64,000 bases of DNA from Dehalococcoidia bacterium (GCA_963665385.1 OY762213.1:468846-532845), one strand, 5' to 3'; counted from the first letter of the stretch, positions 26,654-37,184 are shown. The notes: generated by a model from the letters alone, not told the origin. Numbers and translations are program-made.

Positions 26654-28006
26654 ATGACAGCGACACAGAACGACCGCCGAGACATGACCGGTACGCCTGT
26701 TCCCGGCACGGGCAAGCTGCCCCTTGAGGGTCTGCGCATCCTTGACATCACCGTCGTGTGGGCCGGTCCGTACGGCACCATGCACCTGGCCGACTGGGGC
26801 GCGGAGGTCATCCGCATCGAGTCCATCAAGCACTTTGCCACCAGCACGCGCGGCCAGATGGCCCGGCCGCCCCTGGAATTCGTGCGTCTCCGCAACACCG
26901 GCATGGGCTATGTCGATGATGATCCGGGCGAACGCCCCTGGAACCGCCAGGCCATCTTCAACACGCACTCCCGTAACAAGCTCTCTGTCACCATGGATCT
27001 CTCGAGCCCGGAAGGGCAGGAGGCACTGGAGCGACTCGTTGCGCAGGCGGATGGCTTCCTGGAGAACAACGTCGCTATCTCCATGGAGCGATTTGGCATC
27101 ACATGGGAGCGCCTCTCCGCCATCAACCCGCGTCTCATCATGGTGCGGATGCCCGCCTTTGGCATCGAAGGGCCGTACAAGAATTACCGCACGTGGGGTA
27201 ACCATATGGAGGCCCTCGCGGGCCATCCGCTGCTCCGCTCCTACCCGGATGAGGACCCGTCCCGCGGCCCCAGCGGTGTCCCCAGCGACGCGGCGGGAGG
27301 AGTTGGCGGCGCGCTCGCTTTCATCATGGGCCTGCGCCACCGCAACAAGACCGGCAAGGGCATCCTCATCGAGGCCCCCACTGCAGAGAACTTCGTCCCC
27401 TTCCTCGGCGATTTCGTCATGGACTACTCCATGAACGGCCGCGTCTACACCCAGCTTGGCAACGGCCACCTCTTCCTCGCACCCCACAACGTCTACAGGT
27501 GCGCCGGTGACGAGCGATGGCTCACCATCGCCTGCCGGTCTGACGCCGAGTTCAAAACCCTGTGCCAGATCATGGGCGAGCCCGGCCTTGCCGATGATCC
27601 ACGCTTTGCCGATTCCCTCAGCCGCTATCAGAATCGCCGTGCACTAGATGAGGCGATCTCCCGGTGGACGGCGGAACAGGACGCCCGCGAGACCATGCAT
27701 CGGCTCCAGGCCGCCGGCGTCCCTGCCGGAATGGTCATGGACGAGAGCGATGTTCATGCGGACCCCCACGTCGCTGAGCGCAACTTCTTCCAGGAGGTCA
27801 CGCACCCTGAAGCGGGCACCCACAAGAACCCGACCACAGGCTTCAAGCTCCAGAACACACCCTATGAGATCCGCCGCCACGCCGTCATGCTCGGCCAGGA
27901 CAACGAATACGTCTACAAGAACGTCATGGGCTACTCAGAAGAGGAATACCAGAAATTCATCGAGATGGGCCACGTCGGAATGGATTACGACCCGGACGTG
28001 CAGTAG
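26654..28006 (+). CDS. Family III CoA-transferase (CaiB/BaiF)
   Basis: LEGLRILDITVVWAGPYGTMHLADWGAEVIRIES; 450 aa; C-terminal LGQDNEYV. Confidence 0.85.
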   Translation: MTATQNDRRDMTGTPVPGTGKLPLEGLRILDITVVWAGPYGTMHLADWGAEVIRIESIKHFATSTRGQMARPPLEFVRLRNTGMGYVDDDPGERPWNRQAIFNTHSRNKLSVTMDLSSPEGQEALERLVAQADGFLENNVAISMERFGITWERLSAINPRLIMVRMPAFGIEGPYKNYRTWGNHMEALAGHPLLRSYPDEDPSRGPSGVPSDAAGGVGGALAFIMGLRHRNKTGKGILIEAPTAENFVPFLGDFVMDYSMNGRVYTQLGNGHLFLAPHNVYRCAGDERWLTIACRSDAEFKTLCQIMGEPGLADDPRFADSLSRYQNRRALDEAISRWTAEQDARETMHRLQAAGVPAGMVMDESDVHADPHVAERNFFQEVTHPEAGTHKNPTTGFKLQNTPYEIRRHAVMLGQDNEYVYKNVMGYSEEEYQKFIEMGHVGMDYDPDVQ

Positions 28007-28016
28007 GGCACCCTCC

Positions 28017-28041
28017 GTCATTTCCGCGAAAGCGGGAATCC
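28017..28041. repeat. Family-A palindromic repeat between convergent genes
   Basis: GTCATTTCCGCGAAAGCGGGAATCC. It sits where a bidirectional terminator would be expected. Confidence 0.7.
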
Positions 28042-28077
28042 AGAAGCTGAAGAGCGGCTTATAGCTACCCACGCCCC

Positions 28078-28758
28078 CTACAACTTGCTGGCCAGTTCCT
28101 CCATGTGTCCGGTGACGAGGAAAACGACGCGCTCTGCGATGTTGGTCGTCCGGTCGGCGATCCGCTCAAAATTATGCGTCGCCCAGACCAGGTATGTCGC
28201 CTCCTGTACCAGCGACGGATTATCAATCATGGTCTGAATCAAGGCGTGGTAGGACGAGTCCTGCATTGCGTCAACTTCATCATCCTCCTCGCAGATCCTG
28301 CGGGCGGCGTCGGCATCGCGCTCCACCAACGCAGTCAATGCGCGCCGCAGCATGTCCCGGCACTTGTCCGCCATCTGCGGCAGCGTATCCAGGGGCCGCA
28401 CCGTGCTGTCCGCCCCAATCATCTCCGCAATGCGAGCATTACCTTCCGCGTGATCTGCCATCCGCTCTAGATCGACAATGATGTTCAGAACGGCCACGAC
28501 GACGCGCAGGTCGCCGGCCATCGGCTGCTGAGTTGCTATGACGCGGATGGCCTTTTCTTCAGTGTCAAAGCGCGCCTTGTCGATGCGTTCATCCTCTGCA
28601 ACCACCTGGTGCGCAAGATTTGCGTCCCGATTCAGCAGCGCTTCCAGAGAGCGTTCGATGGACTTGTCCACCATGGAGCCCATGGCCAACACATCATCCT
28701 GCAACTCCCGCAGTAGCCGATCAAAGTCGGTGCGCGTCGCGTGCGGTTCCATTGCCAT
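28078..28758 (-). CDS. phoU: Phosphate signalling complex protein PhoU
   Basis: 226 aa, two PhoU repeats (DLERMADHAEGNA and FERIADRTTNIAE), last gene of the pst locus. Confidence 0.9.
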   Translation of the reverse strand: MAMEPHATRTDFDRLLRELQDDVLAMGSMVDKSIERSLEALLNRDANLAHQVVAEDERIDKARFDTEEKAIRVIATQQPMAGDLRVVVAVLNIIVDLERMADHAEGNARIAEMIGADSTVRPLDTLPQMADKCRDMLRRALTALVERDADAARRICEEDDEVDAMQDSSYHALIQTMIDNPSLVQEATYLVWATHNFERIADRTTNIAERVVFLVTGHMEELASKL

Positions 28759-28812
28759 CGTCCGTCACCTCTCCCCGATTACCGGTTCGTCTTGACAGGT
28801 TATCCAGTCTAC

Positions 28813-29742
28813 CTAACTGAAACGGCCAGTGATATAGTCCTCCGTCGTTTTCTTCCTGGGATTCGTAAAAATCTCTGATGTCGGCCCGTACTCCACCAGC
28901 ATCCCGGCCCTATCGTCCCCCATGTGCATGAATGCCGTCATCTCGGATACCCGCGCCGCCTGCTGCATGTTGTGCGTGACAACAAGAATGGTGTACTCGT
29001 GACCCAACTCCTGCATCAGTTCCTCGATGCGAAGCGTCGACGCCGGATCCAGCGCGGAGCACGGCTCATCCATGAGAATCACGTCCGGTTCCACGGCCAG
29101 CGTCCGCGCGATGCAGAGTCGTTGCTGCTGCCCGCCTGAAAGCTCATTCCCCTGCTGCTTAAGCTTGTCCTTCACCTCGTCCCACAACGCCGCCTGCGTC
29201 AGGCATCTCTCGACGATTTCATCAAGTTCCGCGCGCTTCTTGATGCCGTGGCGTCGTGGGCCGTATGTGATGTTGTCATAGATCGACATCGGCAGCGGGT
29301 TCGGCCGTTGGAACACCATCCCGACGGCGCGGCGCAGTTCAGTCACGTCCACGCGACGGTCATATATCGGAACGCCGCTCATTTCGACGGCACCCTCTAT
29401 TCGCGAGGCCGGGATCAGATCGTTCATGCGGTTGAAGCTGCGCAGGAATGAACTCTTGCCACAGCCGGACGCGCCGATAATTGCCGTCACCGTGCGTTCA
29501 GGAATCTCCAGCGAGATGTCCTTCAGCGCCCGAAACTCCCCGTAATAGAGCGACACCTTCTCCATGCGCAGCGAGACTGGCCGTTCCGATACCGCTATCC
29601 GCTCCGTTGCCTGTTGGACCGTCATCGCGTAGTTCGGACTGTCCGCGCTGTCTCGGCTCGAATTCGTATTCGCTACGGTCGTCATGATGGTCGCCTGTTG
29701 CGGCTCGGCGCTATCTGGACTCTCGGTCATGTTGTTCGTCAT
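28813..29742 (-). CDS. pstB: Phosphate ABC transporter ATP-binding protein, copy 2 (possible N-terminal extension)
   Basis: [12 protein letters not shown] Walker [17 protein letters not shown] signature, [12 protein letters not shown] Walker B. The start may instead be the internal ATG at 29625. Confidence 0.9.
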   Translation of the reverse strand: MTNNMTESPDSAEPQQATIMTTVANTNSSRDSADSPNYAMTVQQATERIAVSERPVSLRMEKVSLYYGEFRALKDISLEIPERTVTAIIGASGCGKSSFLRSFNRMNDLIPASRIEGAVEMSGVPIYDRRVDVTELRRAVGMVFQRPNPLPMSIYDNITYGPRRHGIKKRAELDEIVERCLTQAALWDEVKDKLKQQGNELSGGQQQRLCIARTLAVEPDVILMDEPCSALDPASTLRIEELMQELGHEYTILVVTHNMQQAARVSEMTAFMHMGDDRAGMLVEYGPTSEIFTNPRKKTTEDYITGRFS

Positions 29743-29748
29743 TTCCAG

Positions 29749-30549
29749 TTACCCAAACCGTCCTGTGATGTAGTCCTCCGTCGCGCGCTCCTTCGGCATG
29801 GAGAACATCTGCCCTGTCTCTCCGGTTTCCACGACGTAACCGGTCTGCTGATCATCGACCGTCAGGAACGTCGTGTAGTCGGACACGCGCGCCGCCTGCT
29901 GCATGTTATGCGTGACCAGGACGATGGTGTAATTCGGCGCAAGCTCCCGCATCAAGTCCTCAATGGCCAGAGTCGCGATTGGATCAAGCGCCGAACACGG
30001 CTCGTCCATCAGGATGACCTCCGGGTCAAGCGCCAGCGTGCGGGCGATGCAGAGACGTTGCTGCTGACCGCCGGACAACGTGTATGCCGAATCCTTCAGC
30101 CTGTCCTTCACCTCGTCCCACAGGGCCGCCTGCCGAAGGCACCGCTCCACAAGCGCGTCCATATCCCCCTTGAACCTCGCGATGCGTGGCCCAAACGCCA
30201 CGTTGTCATAGATCGACTTCGGGAATGGGTTGGGCTTCTGGAATACCATCCCGATGCGGAACCGAATCTCAGTGGGATCCGCCTCCTGTCCGTACATATT
30301 TTCTCCATGGAAAAGGACTTGACCCTCCACACGCGCGGTGCGGATCAGGTCGTTCATCCGATTCATGCAGCGTAGGAGCGAACTCTTGCCGCAGCCGGAT
30401 GGACCAATGAATGCTGTGATCTTGCGCGGCGAAATATCCAGGTTCACGTCCTTCAACGCCTGAAATCCACCGTAGAAGAGATTCAATCCGCGCACTGACA
30501 GGGCAGGTGGCGCGGAAATTGCTGTCGCGGTTGTCATTCTGTCTCTCAC
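29749..30549 (-). CDS. pstB: Phosphate ABC transporter ATP-binding protein, copy 1
   Basis: [40 protein letters not shown]; 266 aa. Confidence 0.9.
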   Translation of the reverse strand: MRDRMTTATAISAPPALSVRGLNLFYGGFQALKDVNLDISPRKITAFIGPSGCGKSSLLRCMNRMNDLIRTARVEGQVLFHGENMYGQEADPTEIRFRIGMVFQKPNPFPKSIYDNVAFGPRIARFKGDMDALVERCLRQAALWDEVKDRLKDSAYTLSGGQQQRLCIARTLALDPEVILMDEPCSALDPIATLAIEDLMRELAPNYTIVLVTHNMQQAARVSDYTTFLTVDDQQTGYVVETGETGQMFSMPKERATEDYITGRFG

Positions 30550-31454
30550 TCCTCGGATCTCCGCTGGAACCTGTCCCGCAGCAGGATCGCCCCTGAATTC
30601 ATGGTCAACAGCACCAGCAGCAGGATGATGATCGCCGCCGCTGTCACATGTTGCCAGTCCGCCTGTGGACGTGACACCCAGTTGAATATCTGGATGGGCA
30701 GCACTGTGAACCGTTCAAATGGGTGCCCCGGCGTGAACGTCACGAACACGAGCCCGGAGATGGCGAGCAGTGGCGCAGCCTCGCCAATTGCACGCGACAT
30801 CGCAAGGATTGTGCCCGTTAGAATGCCCGGCAGAGCGGACGGCAGAATCACGTGCCTCACCGTCTGCCACCGCGTTGCTCCAAGCGCCAGCGAACCCTGG
30901 CGATAACTGTCCGGCACGGCCCGGATCGCCTCCCGCCCCGCCACGATCAGCAGCGGCAGCACCAGTAGCGTCAGCGTCAGCGCGCCGGCTACGATGACCC
31001 GGTCCAGGTTCAGTAGGAACACGAATACTGCCAGGCCCAGCAGCCCGTACACGATGGACGGAACGCCAGCCAGGTTGGAGATATTCACTTCAATGAACTG
31101 CGTCAGCCGGTTCTGCGGCGCATATTCCTCAAGATAGATTGCAGTCGCCGTTCCGATGGGGAATGTGAAGAGCGCTGTCAGGCCCCCGACCCACAGCGTC
31201 CCGAATAAGGCGGAGCGCAATCCGGCGTCTGGCGGTCGGCGTGAAGGATACGTCGACAGGAAATCCCAGTCGATCCATGGAAGCCCGTCGATGAGAACAT
31301 CGATGATGAGCGCTGCCAACGTCGCTAGGCCCACGAGCGTCGATCCGAAGAACAACACGACCGCCGCGTTTCCGATGATTCGCCGTCCGCGCAGGCTTCG
31401 GTGAAACTGTTCAGCGCTGACGCTGCGAACGCCGTTGGGAGTCGTTGATTCCAT
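30546..31454 (-). CDS. pstA: Phosphate ABC transporter permease PstA
   Basis: Six-helix permease with the EAAxxLGA-type loop ([22 protein letters not shown]). Overlaps the pstB start by 4 nt. Confidence 0.8.
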   Translation of the reverse strand: MESTTPNGVRSVSAEQFHRSLRGRRIIGNAAVVLFFGSTLVGLATLAALIIDVLIDGLPWIDWDFLSTYPSRRPPDAGLRSALFGTLWVGGLTALFTFPIGTATAIYLEEYAPQNRLTQFIEVNISNLAGVPSIVYGLLGLAVFVFLLNLDRVIVAGALTLTLLVLPLLIVAGREAIRAVPDSYRQGSLALGATRWQTVRHVILPSALPGILTGTILAMSRAIGEAAPLLAISGLVFVTFTPGHPFERFTVLPIQIFNWVSRPQADWQHVTAAAIIILLLVLLTMNSGAILLRDRFQRRSEE

Positions 31455-31466
31455 GATCCTGCGCCC

Positions 31467-32420
31467 CTAGTACGCCTGCCGCCAGCGGCGTACTACCCAC
31501 TGACCGAGGATGTTCATTGCGAGCGTCATCACGAATAGCAGCAAGGCCACCGCGAATATCGTGTAGTAGATCGTCGTCCCCTGCGGCGTCTCGCCGAAGC
31601 CCACCTGCACGATGTAGGCCGTCATTGTCTGGATACTCTCTCGGGGATCAATCGTGAGACGAGGAGTCGCGCCCGCCGCGATGGTCACCAGCATCGTCTC
31701 GCCGATGGCGCGTGACAGCCCGAGGATGATTGCCGCCACGATGCCAGAGAGCGCCGCCGGCGTCACCACTCGTGTTGCCACCTCAAACCGCGTCGCTCCC
31801 AGTGCGTATGCTGCTTCTCGCAGTGATCGCGGCACGGCCAGCATCGCGTCCTCTGTCAAGGAAGACACAATAGGGATGATCATCACTCCCATCACGAGCC
31901 CTGCGCTGAGCGCGTTGAAGATGATCATGTCCGGGAATAGGTACTCCTGCAGCAGGGGCGTCACGAACGTCAACGCGAAATAGCCGTAAACCACGGTTGG
32001 GATGCCTGCAAGGACCTCAAGCATCGGCTTGACGATGCGCCGAAGGCGGTTCGGCGCGTACTCACTCAGGAAGATTGCTGTGAATAGACCCACCGGTCCC
32101 GCCACCATAATCGCGATGGCTGCCACGAGGACTGTACCGGCGACGAGTGGGAGCACGCCGAACAACGAGGGCTGGAACCGGGGAGTCCAGACGGTTCCAG
32201 TCAGGAATTCGATAATTGAGACGTCCTGGAAGAATCGAAAACTTTCATTGACCAGGACGAAGACGATTCCTATGGTCGTGGCAACTGAGACAACCGTGGC
32301 CCCGAGAAGCAGCAAGTGGATAAGGGTCTCGGTCCCGCGCTCTGCCCGTTTGCCGGACAGTAGGCGTTTCTCCAGGTTCTCCTTTGAAACGCGCGGCGCG
32401 GTGTACGACGCTCCAGCCAA
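31467..32420 (-). CDS. pstC: Phosphate ABC transporter permease PstC
   Basis: Permease with LREAAYALGATRFEVATRVV, in the pstC position of the canonical order. Confidence 0.8.
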   Translation of the reverse strand: MAGASYTAPRVSKENLEKRLLSGKRAERGTETLIHLLLLGATVVSVATTIGIVFVLVNESFRFFQDVSIIEFLTGTVWTPRFQPSLFGVLPLVAGTVLVAAIAIMVAGPVGLFTAIFLSEYAPNRLRRIVKPMLEVLAGIPTVVYGYFALTFVTPLLQEYLFPDMIIFNALSAGLVMGVMIIPIVSSLTEDAMLAVPRSLREAAYALGATRFEVATRVVTPAALSGIVAAIILGLSRAIGETMLVTIAAGATPRLTIDPRESIQTMTAYIVQVGFGETPQGTTIYYTIFAVALLLFVMTLAMNILGQWVVRRWRQAY

Positions 32421-32537
32421 GAATGTAGTCCTTCCCCAATTGGCCCCAACGGCCCCCGCGCATAAGGATGCGCCACGCAGATTAAATGCGGGTTAAGAAG
32501 CCTCGTAATTCCCGCTAAGGATGGTATCCATCGTGTA

Positions 32538-32567
32538 CCCCCTCTTTCTGTGGGAAAGGGTGGGTGC
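32538..32567. repeat. Family-B-like hairpin between arsC and pstC
   Basis: CCCCCTCTTTCTGTGGGAAAGGGTGGGTGC. Confidence 0.5.
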
Positions 32568-32619
32568 TTGCCCAGTACTTAATTCGGGGGTGAGGGCAGC
32601 TCGTCAAAGGCTACTCTGG

Positions 32620-33069
32620 CTAGACCGCCGCCCCCTCGGACACCGGTATCCCCAACTCCTCCAACAGTGCAAGCACCCGCGTCCGTATCGTGTCACGGAT
32701 TTCACGAACCTCATGCGCCGGCCGTCCCTTGGGATCCGGCAGCCCCCAATCCTCCGCGTCGAATATCGCGGCGGGGCAGGCGTCATCAACGTTGCATCCC
32801 ATCGTGATGACACGGTCGGCCCCCTCCAGCATCTCCTCAGTCACGACTTGCGGAGTGGCGTCTCCCAGGTCCAGCCCAATCTCTCGCATCGCATCTACCA
32901 CTTCCGGATGCACGTGCTCTGCAGGCATTGTCCCGGCTGACATAGCGATGGCCTTCCCGTCGGAGAGGGTATTCAGCAGGGATGCCGCTATCTGGCTGCG
33001 GCCGGCATTGTGAACACATACAAACAGGACTTCCGGCCTCTCGACGCTGTTGCTGTTCGATTCAGTCAT
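32620..33069 (-). CDS. arsC: Arsenate reductase, LMW-PTPase type (thioredoxin-coupled)
   Basis: The ATG at 33069 gives MTESNSNSVERPEVLFVCVHNAGRSQIAASLL (CX5R P-loop) and a downstream Cys pair, GCNVDDACP. Confidence 0.8.
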   Translation of the reverse strand: MTESNSNSVERPEVLFVCVHNAGRSQIAASLLNTLSDGKAIAMSAGTMPAEHVHPEVVDAMREIGLDLGDATPQVVTEEMLEGADRVITMGCNVDDACPAAIFDAEDWGLPDPKGRPAHEVREIRDTIRTRVLALLEELGIPVSEGAAV

Positions 33070-33115
33070 CTCGTCTGTCCTTCCGCACTCCCGCGCTCTA
33101 CCCCTCATATTCCGC

Positions 33116-33152
33116 TGTTGTGGGAGGGGCAGTCGCTGTCCCTCCCACAACA
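33116..33152 (-). terminator. 13-bp-stem hairpin between pstS and arsC (attenuator or terminator)
   Basis: TGTTGTGGGAGGG (33116-33128), 11-nt loop, CCCTCCCACAACA (33140-33152). Confidence 0.4.
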
Positions 33153-33178
33153 AGAGCGTTGTTTGTTCGATGTCTTTG

Positions 33179-34201
33179 CTATCCCCCGGCGTACACCTCA
33201 GCCACCTTTCCCTTCTCCTCGCTGTAGCTGGAGAGGGGTGTGTAGCCTACTTCTGCGACCAGTTGAGGCGCCTGGTCAAGGTAGAAGTTCACAAATGCCT
33301 GCAACTCCGGGCGAGCCGCCAGGTTATCCGCGTCCACGTAGATGAAGATCGGGCGGGCCAGAGGCGCATAGCTACCGTCCGCGACCGTCTCATCGCTTGG
33401 CTCGACACAACCGTTGCCGCCGTCAACCGCCACCAGCTTCAACTGGCTCGCGTTCTCAGCGTAGTAGGCGTACCCGAAGTAACCCAGGGAATTCCGGTCG
33501 CCGGAGATACCGCGTACCAGCACGTTGTCGTCAGAGGACGCGACGTAATTGGAACGAGAAACCCCCTCATCGCCATTCACCACGTCCGTGAAGTAGTCAA
33601 ACGTGCCGGACTCCGTGTCCGGACCGTATAGGTTGATTGGCTCATTCGGGAACCCGGCGCGGACATCGTCCCATGAATCCACCGTGCTGTCCGGCTTCCA
33701 GATTTCATTGAGCTCGGCCACCGTCAGGCAGTTTACGAAGTCGTTCTGCGTGCTGACCATCACCGCCAGGCCGTCCAGCGCGACCGTCAACTCTACCCAC
33801 TGGATGCCGTTCTCCGCTGCTGCAGCCGCCTCCGAGTCCTTGATAGGACGTGACGCATCGGAAATCTCGGTCTCACCAACCGTGAAGCGCTTGAAACCGC
33901 CTCCCGTGCCGGAGATGCCAACGTTGACTCGAACGTCTGGGTACAGTGCAAGGAACTCCTCGGCGACTGCCTCGGAGATCGGCGCAACCGTGCTGGATCC
34001 ATCTATCTCGATGGTGCCTGTGAGGTCCATCGTACCGTCCGCTGTTGTTGGTGTTGAAACCTGTGATCCGCTCGATGTTGTCCCAGATGTTGACGGCGTC
34101 GCCGTCGGGTCATCCTCGCCGCATGCCGCGCCCCCAAGCACGACAACCAGTCCAAGGACGCCGGCAAATACCAGCCGACGCCACGTCTTGCCCAACTGCA
34201 T
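33179..34201 (-). CDS. pstS: Phosphate-binding lipoprotein PstS
   Basis: The ATG at 34201 follows AGGAGG. MQLGKTWRRLVFAGVLGLVVVLGGAAC is a lipobox. GSSTVAPI, SGTGGG and SDASRPI are phosphate-binding motifs. Confidence 0.9.
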   Translation of the reverse strand: MQLGKTWRRLVFAGVLGLVVVLGGAACGEDDPTATPSTSGTTSSGSQVSTPTTADGTMDLTGTIEIDGSSTVAPISEAVAEEFLALYPDVRVNVGISGTGGGFKRFTVGETEISDASRPIKDSEAAAAAENGIQWVELTVALDGLAVMVSTQNDFVNCLTVAELNEIWKPDSTVDSWDDVRAGFPNEPINLYGPDTESGTFDYFTDVVNGDEGVSRSNYVASSDDNVLVRGISGDRNSLGYFGYAYYAENASQLKLVAVDGGNGCVEPSDETVADGSYAPLARPIFIYVDADNLAARPELQAFVNFYLDQAPQLVAEVGYTPLSSYSEEKGKVAEVYAGG

Positions 34202-34261
34202 TGTTCCTCCTTGTCGTCCTGCACTTAGCTTTCGTCCAGTCTTCTCAAACGAGAGTAGGCA

Positions 34262-34305
34262 AGACGGATTAAGGAGTCGCCAACGGACGGTTAACATGGC
34301 ATTAA
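34262..34305 (-). promoter_or_regulatory. Pho-box-like array: four 11-bp phased direct repeats upstream of pstS
   Basis: The minus strand reads TTAATGCCATG TTAACCGTCCG TTGGCGACTCC TTAATCCGTCT. It ends 60 nt before the pstS ATG, with TACTCT as a possible -10 just downstream. Confidence 0.35.
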
Positions 34306-34337
34306 GGTATCCTCGCCTACCTGCCGATGCCCCCGTC

Positions 34338-37148
34338 TTAAGACATCTGCCCCCAGGACGGCCCGGCCTTAACGTCCACCACTAGCGGTACGTCAAGCTC
34401 CGGCATAACCACTGGCATTACCTCATCAACGATAGCCGTTAGCGCATCCTGCTCATCTTCTGGCGCCTCGAACAGCAGCTCATCATGAATCTGCAGCAGC
34501 ATCTGCGTCCGCATCCCTGTGTCGTCAAGCCGTTCCTGCATTCGCAGCATCGCCAGCTTGATAATCTCAGCTGCCGTCCCTTGAACGGGCATATTGATTG
34601 CCATCCGCTCCGCAGCTGCCCGAGCCTGTTGATTCGACGCTGTCACTTCGGGCAGGTATCGCCTTCGCCCCATCAAAGTCCGCACATAACCGTTCTCTCG
34701 AGCCCCCGCGATGGTGTCATCCATGTATTTCCGTACCTTGGGGAACCGCTCGAAATACGCGTCGATAAAGGCGTCCGCCTCTTTCCGCTCGATCTCAAGA
34801 CGCGTCGACAGGCCAAACCCGCCCATTCCATAGACAATGCCGAAATTAACTGCCTTAGCTATCCGCCGATGCTCGGACGTCACCTCGTCCGGCGCAATTC
34901 CGAGCACCTGCGACGCCGTAGACGAGTGAATATCCTCGCCCGCGTGAAACGCATCCTTCAATCCCGTGTCATCCGAAAGGTGTGCCAGCACGCGCAGCTC
35001 CACCTGCGAGTAATCCGCCGAAACCAGCAGCGCGCCGTCCCCCGCGATAAATGCCTCACGGATCCGCCGTCCCGACTCCGTCCGCACGGGGATATTCTGC
35101 AGATTCGGGTCCTGTGACGCGATCCGACCTGTCGCGGAGCCCGTCTGATTGAAGCTTGTGTGAATCCGGCCCGTCCCCGTGTAGACCTCTTTGGGGAGCG
35201 AATCTACATACGTGGAAACCAGCTTGGAGAGCTCGCGGTACTCGAGGATGCGCTGCACGATGTGGCCATGCTCGTCCGCGTTCTTGGCCAGCCATTCGAG
35301 CACGGCCGCGTCCGTCGAATAGCCCGTCTGCGTCCGCCGTCGAGCAGGCAGCCCCAGTTTCTCGAAAAGTACCTCCCCCAGCTGCTTGGGAGAATTAAGG
35401 TTAAAGACAAGAGGCTCGTCCATCCCGGCCGCCGCCCCGGACTCGTCGTAGGTCTCCTGCGTCATCTGATCGAGATGCCGGTGCATCTCCTCGGACATGC
35501 GCCCCAACAAACCTGTGTCCAAACGCACGCCATTCCGCTCCATGGTTGAGAGCACCGGTGCGAGTGGCATCTCTAGACCCTCAAAGAGCGCCTCTGCCCC
35601 CTGTTCCTTGAGGATTTGCGCCCACGACTCCATCATCCGAAGCGCATAATCGGCCACTGAGCACGCATACCGCATGGCCGTCTCGCCGTCCAGCGCGTGG
35701 AATTGGATCGCCTTGGCACCGCGTCCCAGCAACTCCTCGCGCGTCGGCAACTCCTGACCGTACTCTGACAACACAAGCGTCGGGAGGGCAGTGGACGGTT
35801 TGCCCAGCATGTGCGCAGCCACGGACGTATCCCAGATCGGGATGGTAACGTCAACTCCGGCATTCTCCAGTGGCGGCAGTACCTCACGTGCTACGTGCAT
35901 TACGAGTGTTCGCGGCGCGCCCCCCGGTCCGTCCTCATTTAGAAAATGGCCAAGCCGCTGCATAAGTTCGCCGCCGGCCGCCAACGGCATACCCAGACCC
36001 TCTTGCATCAGGGGCATGTAGGCAGCCTGCCCCGCGGCCCATGACAGCCCAATCCCCGCCGGCGTCCCCTCCAACACCCGTGGCGACGTAGCAGGCGCGA
36101 CAATCGAAATGTGGGTCGCATCTGTAATCTCGGTAAGCAACGTATCCAGTTCATCCGCAGCAAAAATAGTCCGATAAGACACGTCGGACTCGACCGCAGC
36201 AACCGCCGGAGTCTCGGCCTCAGCGCTTTGTTCGCCAATATCGGGGATCCGATTCAACAGCGACGTGAACTCCATCTCACGGAAGAACTCCACCAGACGC
36301 GACCGGTCGAAATTCTCCGTCCACTGCAGGTCATCCACTGTGACCGGCAGATCGAGGTTCGTGACGATCCGCGTTAGCTCCAGTCCCTGCATTGCGGCAC
36401 CGCGTCCGTCGATCAGGCGTTGCCGCACTCGCTCCGGCGTCACGTCGTCGATATGCTCATATACTTCGCCGACGGTTCCGTATTCTTGCAGCAGCGTCGT
36501 GGCTGTCTTGGCGCCTACTCCCGCCACACCTGGAATGTTGTCAGAGGGATCACCTTGCAGCGCCTTCAAGTCGGGTATCTGCTCGGGCGTAAGCCCATAC
36601 CGCTCTCGCACAGCGTCGGGATTGAAGAGAGACTCGTTCCGCGCGCCGCGCTGATAGAGGACACTGACTGTCGGCGAGACTAGCTGCATCGTGTCCTGGT
36701 CGCCAGTCACGATGATTGTCCTCAAGCCTTGTTCTGTCGCCCGCCGCGAGAAATGCCCGAGCACATCATCCGCCTCAAAACCCGGAAGCTCGACGATGGG
36801 CAGCCCGATTGTCTCCACCGCCTCCCGCACCCGTCCGTATTGGGAGCGCATCTCATCCGGCATATGTGGTCGCTGAGCCTTGTATTCCTCGAACATCTCG
36901 TGGCGAAACGTCGGGCCGGACATATCGAACGCGACCGCGGCATACGCCGGCCGCATCTGCCCCAGCACCTTAAGTAAGGAAGCGGACACACCGAAAACGG
37001 CGTTGACAGCTTCTCCCGTCTGCGAAACGGACAAGTGTTGAATGGCGTGAAATGCCCGGTGGAACATCGCGTGGCCATCGAACAGCACAACCAGGCCGTC
37101 ATCGATTCCGCGCCCTCGGCCGCCCCTGTTTCCCGCCGGCTGTGTCAT
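34338..37148 (-). CDS. polA: DNA polymerase I
   Basis: 936 aa. A 5'-3' exonuclease N-terminus (LFDGHAMFHRAFHA), a 3'-5' exo-like middle region, and polymerase motifs (ADYSQVELRVLAH, QIHDELLFE). Confidence 0.95.
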   Translation of the reverse strand: MTQPAGNRGGRGRGIDDGLVVLFDGHAMFHRAFHAIQHLSVSQTGEAVNAVFGVSASLLKVLGQMRPAYAAVAFDMSGPTFRHEMFEEYKAQRPHMPDEMRSQYGRVREAVETIGLPIVELPGFEADDVLGHFSRRATEQGLRTIIVTGDQDTMQLVSPTVSVLYQRGARNESLFNPDAVRERYGLTPEQIPDLKALQGDPSDNIPGVAGVGAKTATTLLQEYGTVGEVYEHIDDVTPERVRQRLIDGRGAAMQGLELTRIVTNLDLPVTVDDLQWTENFDRSRLVEFFREMEFTSLLNRIPDIGEQSAEAETPAVAAVESDVSYRTIFAADELDTLLTEITDATHISIVAPATSPRVLEGTPAGIGLSWAAGQAAYMPLMQEGLGMPLAAGGELMQRLGHFLNEDGPGGAPRTLVMHVAREVLPPLENAGVDVTIPIWDTSVAAHMLGKPSTALPTLVLSEYGQELPTREELLGRGAKAIQFHALDGETAMRYACSVADYALRMMESWAQILKEQGAEALFEGLEMPLAPVLSTMERNGVRLDTGLLGRMSEEMHRHLDQMTQETYDESGAAAGMDEPLVFNLNSPKQLGEVLFEKLGLPARRRTQTGYSTDAAVLEWLAKNADEHGHIVQRILEYRELSKLVSTYVDSLPKEVYTGTGRIHTSFNQTGSATGRIASQDPNLQNIPVRTESGRRIREAFIAGDGALLVSADYSQVELRVLAHLSDDTGLKDAFHAGEDIHSSTASQVLGIAPDEVTSEHRRIAKAVNFGIVYGMGGFGLSTRLEIERKEADAFIDAYFERFPKVRKYMDDTIAGARENGYVRTLMGRRRYLPEVTASNQQARAAAERMAINMPVQGTAAEIIKLAMLRMQERLDDTGMRTQMLLQIHDELLFEAPEDEQDALTAIVDEVMPVVMPELDVPLVVDVKAGPSWGQMS

Positions 37149-37184
37149 CTAATTGAGCCTGACTCTACATGGAGTGAAATAAAC

